NCBI GenBank assembly: GCA_044892525.1
Contig: CM097885.1
Coordinates: 1,986,001 to 2,050,000, forward strand
DNA length: 64,000 nucleotides
Direction of reading: 5' to 3'
From: Schmidtea polychroa
Taxonomy: Eukaryota
Shown: piece by piece, positions 59,040 through 64,000 of the stretch
How positions within the stretch are numbered: position 1 is the first letter of the stretch
How the letters are laid out: the number at the start of each line of letters is the position of its first letter
Translations under genes and position numbers: made by a program
Notes under the pieces: generated by a model
What the model was told of the DNA's origin: nothing
The model's input: the letters and a program-made list of their open reading frames with translations, nothing else
Databases searched by the model: none

Positions 59040-60116
59040 AAATATTATTTTTATAATAAAATTATTTTATTCTTTTAAAAATTATAATTAAAATAATATA
59101 GTATTTTTTAAATTTTAACATTTAGAATTTAATTTAATAATTTATTAATTATGTAATTTAACAACAACAATCGATACATACAATCAGGGTTGCCAACTTT
59201 TGAAGATGTCATTATAGTACAATATGGACAAAATTATAGTATTTTCAAAAAAATTATAGTACATATTTAAAAAACTACAAAAAAATGCTTTTCTATTATA
59301 AACTTTTTATTAAAATTAAATTAACAAAAATTAAAATATTTGGTTTTTCTTCAGGACCCATTAAAAAATATACATAAAAACAATAGCAAACAAATTCATA
59401 TGATAATTAAGTAATAAATTTATATGTAATAATACTTATTATATATTTATAGTTACAAATAGCATAATTCTATTTTGATTTAAGCGTCAGTCATACCCTT
59501 AATATTTAAAAAACGTACTATGTTTAGAAAAACACATGAACTTTGAATTTCAATCCAACAAAACAAATCAGATGTTAATTTTTACCATCTGCTCATATTC
59601 ATTATTCATACCGAAATACGTTTTGTAAAAAATTAATATTGATTAAAGTTTTTTTTAGAAAAATTCTGATTAATTGTTTTCAGAAAATTAAAATATCGTA
59701 GTGAAAAAATGTTTTAGATAAATTTGTTAAAATTATAGTACAATTAGAACTTCCAATAGTACATAGTACACAAGATACAAATTATGGTACAAATACTATA
59801 ATTATAGTACGGTTGGCAACGCTGCATACAATATACAAAAAATTATTTAAAAACATTTAAAACACAAGTATTCACTGCATTCTGCATATTATTTTTCGGA
59901 TTCAATGACTTTATCAACAACGCCTCACAAATCACACGCTCCCAATAATTATCGAAATTTTTTAATAAAATTTTAAAATCAGACATAACGATTTTACTCT
60001 GACAGCCCTTATTTATGAAATGTCACATACATTGGAGAGACTTCCACTCATCTCTGTATTCGAGCGCGAGAGCATTATAGACCAAAGGCTTTGACCCATA
60101 TTAGTGAGCACAATAA
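59040..60116 (-). mobile_element. PLE family B-related 3' fragment with a short 5' inversion (60015-60116), interrupted by a MITE
   Basis: 59830-60012 resembles 47970-48158. 60020-60116 is the adjacent GIY-YIG segment (YIGETS.HLCIRAREH) on the plus strand. Confidence 0.8.
59185..59824. mobile_element. MITE (640 bp), 8-bp TSD, hAT- or P-type
   Basis: TIRs CAGGGTTGCCAAC / CAGCGTTGCCAAC. Perfect TSD CATACAAT at 59177-59184 and 59825-59832. AATTATAGTAC subterminal repeats. Confidence 0.92.
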
Positions 60117-60144
60117 CTATTTATTCAATAATAATATTAATAAA

Positions 60145-60208
<64 letters not shown>

Positions 60209-62655
60209 GTAATAATAATAATAATAGTAATAATAATAATAATAGTAATAATAATTAAAAAAAATAATAATATTTATTATTATTATTATTATTATTATAA
60301 GAACTTTTTTCCAATTTCACCACTGATTATTTTTTCCATTGAATTTATTATAAAGAGAGCTTGAAAACTATAAATCAGTAATATATCGATTTTTGTTTGA
60401 TACTCACGAATTTTCGACACTGCCTTTTCACTTGAATAATAATGATAAAATAGTTCTCATAGATCCCTCAATTATTCAAATTGCTTTAACTTTATGCTCA
60501 TTTAAAATTTAATTTAGTTACCGTTGTCATGATTATTAAACAAACTTTTTAATCAATAAATTATATCTTTTTAATATGTTTCATAACAGTTTAAAAGAAA
60601 TATTTGATGAAATTGGATAAATTATGCATCATTCGGTAGAGATAAATTGATTTCCATATATAGTGAAATAAAAATTTCAATTAAAAAAGGTTGACATTCA
60701 AGGTTATTGCAATCAGTTCGTTAGTTAAAGAAAGCTTTACCAGAATAATAGAGTTGACCAAGTACATGGAAGGGCATTATACAAATATTTCCTGGTTGCT
60801 GTTTGTGGAAATTACTTACTTTATTTAATACTTTCTAATAGACAGATTACCTAAGTTTCTTCACCAACTTGATCTAATGCAATTTTAAACCATTCCCGTT
60901 CCATAACACTCTCATAAATCTCAAAGTTTTGCTTTCAACCCTAACGAATAATTAAACCAAAAATATATTCCATCAACCATATAGCCGATCAACAATTTAA
61001 AATAAAAGTAAATTCCAAGACTCAGCAACTTTTATTAATTCAACACGATTTGAAAGTTACACTACTTTACAGAAAAAATCCATATAAACCAAAAGCATAT
61101 AATTAATTCCAAAAATAATTCGAAATCAATCTCAAGAAACCTCGAGTCCTTGTGCGCACACAGCACCCAAACTAGCAAAAACCTTAGCAACACGCACACA
61201 GATGCGACAACAACTAACAGAACCAAGACAGAGAATCAATTGTAAATTATGTTATGAATAAATATTTTGATCCGGATCATTTATTTTACAAAATCTTTCA
61301 CCTGCTTGGGACAGTCATGGCTTATTCCAAAATTAAATAATTTTCCGATAAAGTTTAAAAAATGAAATAAATGTTGAGTCTAGAAAGCTCAAAATAATTA
61401 AAAAATGCAAAACATTTAAAATAAAATTCAATTTAAACTCTTTCCTAAAAATGGGCGTTGTAAAACCCTTTGTGAGGTATTCTTAAAATCGCCTTTAGAT
61501 TCGTCTTTAAAGTAAATGTATTCATATGTCAGTCAAAGTAAAGAGCCTAACCTCTCCTAAGCGTGTAAAGGTTAAATATATTTTAATAATAAATATCAGT
61601 AAAAGTTGAAACAAAAAGAATGATAAAAAAAATACAAAAATAAGCGAAAAATTATGAAATTCAAAGAAAAGCTTTTGACATTCCTTGAAGGCTTCAGAGC
61701 CATTGTCAAGCATCCTCCATGATAAGGGCCGTGCAAAATTCACTCCTAAATGAAATATCCAAATAAAGGCTGAATAGAATTCACATAAAAAGATAAACAA
61801 TAATCATAGATATCAAATTCTAACAAAATTACAGAAGAAATTGTTACATTTCATCTCGTAATTGGGTCGAGAGACATTTTTATTTCAGATTAACCATTTT
61901 TGTCTTTTTATGAAATAAATTTTATATCTACAGAAGCACGTTTGTCAATTCGTTCTTTGATGCTGGGCGGATTAAATTTCTTTGCCCTCTTCGCATAAAT
62001 TGGGAATTTCCAGAAATTGGGTAACTTTCGATATCATATCAGCCATCTTATGTAATAATTATAATAATATTAAATAATTATATAATAATCATTTCGCTCT
62101 CATTACTAACATGCAAGAAACTCAATCTCATACAGAATCAAACCAAGTGATTATTATTATTTTTAGGCAACGGTGCACCTGTGTTGTTGGGAACAATTAT
62201 GCTTGTATATAACATTTCCAAATTCAATCTGCTATAAATAGAACATTTATACTCTGCCCAATGAATGCTCACACATTTCATAGAAGTATAGAGTCAAAAT
62301 CGAAATAGATCCAGTTCTATCCAAAGACACCATGATGAAAAATGAGCACACAATTTTGATTTAATTACATATTGGTGTATTTTCTATGCAACTAGCAGAA
62401 ATGTCAATATATTTATTTATATTTAATTTGTCTAGATCAGGGCTTTTTTCTGGAAAAAAAGGTGCCGGAACGTATCTGTACTATCTTTTATATGCAAATA
62501 AATGACGCTGAAATTAGCTAACAAATAAAATAATTATACAGGACACAAAATATACACTTATTAGTTATTAGTAACTTATTACCGATAAATTTTATTATGT
62601 AGAAAAAATGTAAAGAAAAAAATAAAATCGTAAAGTTGTTTATAGCAAATTCCAT

Positions 62656-62741
<86 letters not shown>

Positions 62742-62750
62742 TAATAACAG

Positions 62751-63267
62751 GTGAATGTTTCATGCAACCAAATGCCAAATCACTTAATCACCCAAATCCG
62801 AGCGAATGATTCCGATTTAAGCCAAGCTACAGATAATCGGATCACTTATATCCTTCTTCCTTTTCCTTCAGTTAGCTATCCTCATCCTCAGTCAAGACTC
62901 TCAATTTATCAAAATCTTTTCGATATCGACAGTCATGGAGGTCAACTCTTTCTTATCAACAAATTTCCAACTTGTTCGTATTCTTATGAAATTAAAGTCC
63001 ACATCAGGGCCGTTGATCATGGATCTCCTCAACTGTCATCACAAACCTATTTGATTGTCAAAGTAATCAGCGACATCACCGACAAGAAGCATCATACAAA
63101 CCCGATTTGGACTCCAGAAAAGAAGTCACACTGGACTGCAATTATTAGCCTAGTCGTGGCCACAGCAATTCTCATATCCTTTCTATTCGGAATACTATGC
63201 CTATTGAAAAGAAAATATTCTCTACAGGAATCCAATTATCGCAAGGGTCAGACGAAACCGGATTTCA
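62751..63267 (+). CDS. Protocadherin exon with EC7, transmembrane helix and start of the cytoplasmic tail
   Basis: Joins the 54045 exon in phase 0 (..KNNE|VNVSC..). Contains IRANDSD, IRAVDHGSPQLSS and TM WTAIISLVVATAILISFLFGILCLL followed by KRK. Probable donor GTTAGT at 63268; otherwise stop at 63270-63272. Confidence 0.88.
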
Positions 63268-64000
63268 GTTAGTTGAATTATATTTTAAATTTTAACCGAT
63301 GCCATACATTTTATCCCCAAAATGAGTAATAAAATACAGAAATATTGGATCATTATATCTATAATATGTACAATAACTGTTAATTTTAATCGATAACATG
63401 ATATTTCTAATTCAACACTATTTCAATGTTAATTTGCTCTATCGAATGATGAATAAGTTGTTCAATTTATCTAAGTATTTCTTTGTAAATTGATATATTA
63501 TTTTAGTTATTATTAACTTATTTTAAATATACAGTATTATTCAGGCTTTAGAGGGCCCGACTTACGTACTTTCGGAGATACGTATTTTCTCACCCAAACC
63601 CTGTAACTGTAACGAATATAAGAAATTTAGTTTGAAATTATTTTAAATATTATTATTATTATTATTAATATCAATTTTTCTTAGGATCTTTTTGCAGTAG
63701 CATATATACGCTATTAAAAATACTTAGTTAAATTTTTAAAATTTTAAATCTACTTTTTATGTTATTTTTGATTTATTTTAATTTTTAAATATATAATTTA
63801 TTTTCATTATGACAAAAGATTAAAATATAATTTTCTATAAGCCTAAAATGGCATTGCAAAGAAAATTAATTTTTGATTTTTTATCAAAATGAAAATAAAT
63901 GAAATATCATCAAAAGACAAAAATAGACCAAATGTCAATAAAAAAATAAAAGAATTTACTGATGGGAACATAACGTACCGAATTTACCAATTGTTATCCC

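Noticed and set aside
62438..62472. CAGGGCTTTTTTCTGGAAAAAAAGGTGCCGGAAC, a hAT-MITE-like terminus
   Set aside because: Only one end was found, with no partner TIR or TSD.

Overview
Very AT-rich, repeat-dense eukaryotic (animal) genomic DNA with many long (AAT/ATT)n tracts. The style resembles a planarian flatworm genome, but that is inference only. Two host-type genes are recognisable. One is an intronless, divergent ABCF3/GCN20-like ABC-F ATPase (2764-4383). The other is a 7-cadherin-repeat (delta-1-like) protocadherin in two coding exons (51946-54045, 62751-~63267), whose 8.7-kb intron starts and ends inside AAT microsatellite. The rest is mostly mobile DNA: a Polinton/adintovirus-type pPolB relic; a full-length but frameshifted hAT element with TIRs and an 8-bp TSD; several hAT-type MITEs; mariner and MULE remnants; a Ty3/Gypsy pol; a decayed Gypsy element carrying a captured proteasome alpha-6 (PSMA6) fragment; and about five families of Penelope-like elements (PLEs). 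The strongest structure not explained by the ORF track is a set of about a dozen minimal type I hammerhead ribozyme (HHR) motifs, some canonical and some with atypical cores. Almost all lie in PLE-type 3' ends that abut (AAT)n tracts and usually occur as inverted pairs. Other notable items are a conserved GC hairpin/palindrome found in three otherwise unalike places and a higher-GC island with orphan ORFs at 19.5-23.7 kb. All calls come from reading the sequence by eye; no searches were run.
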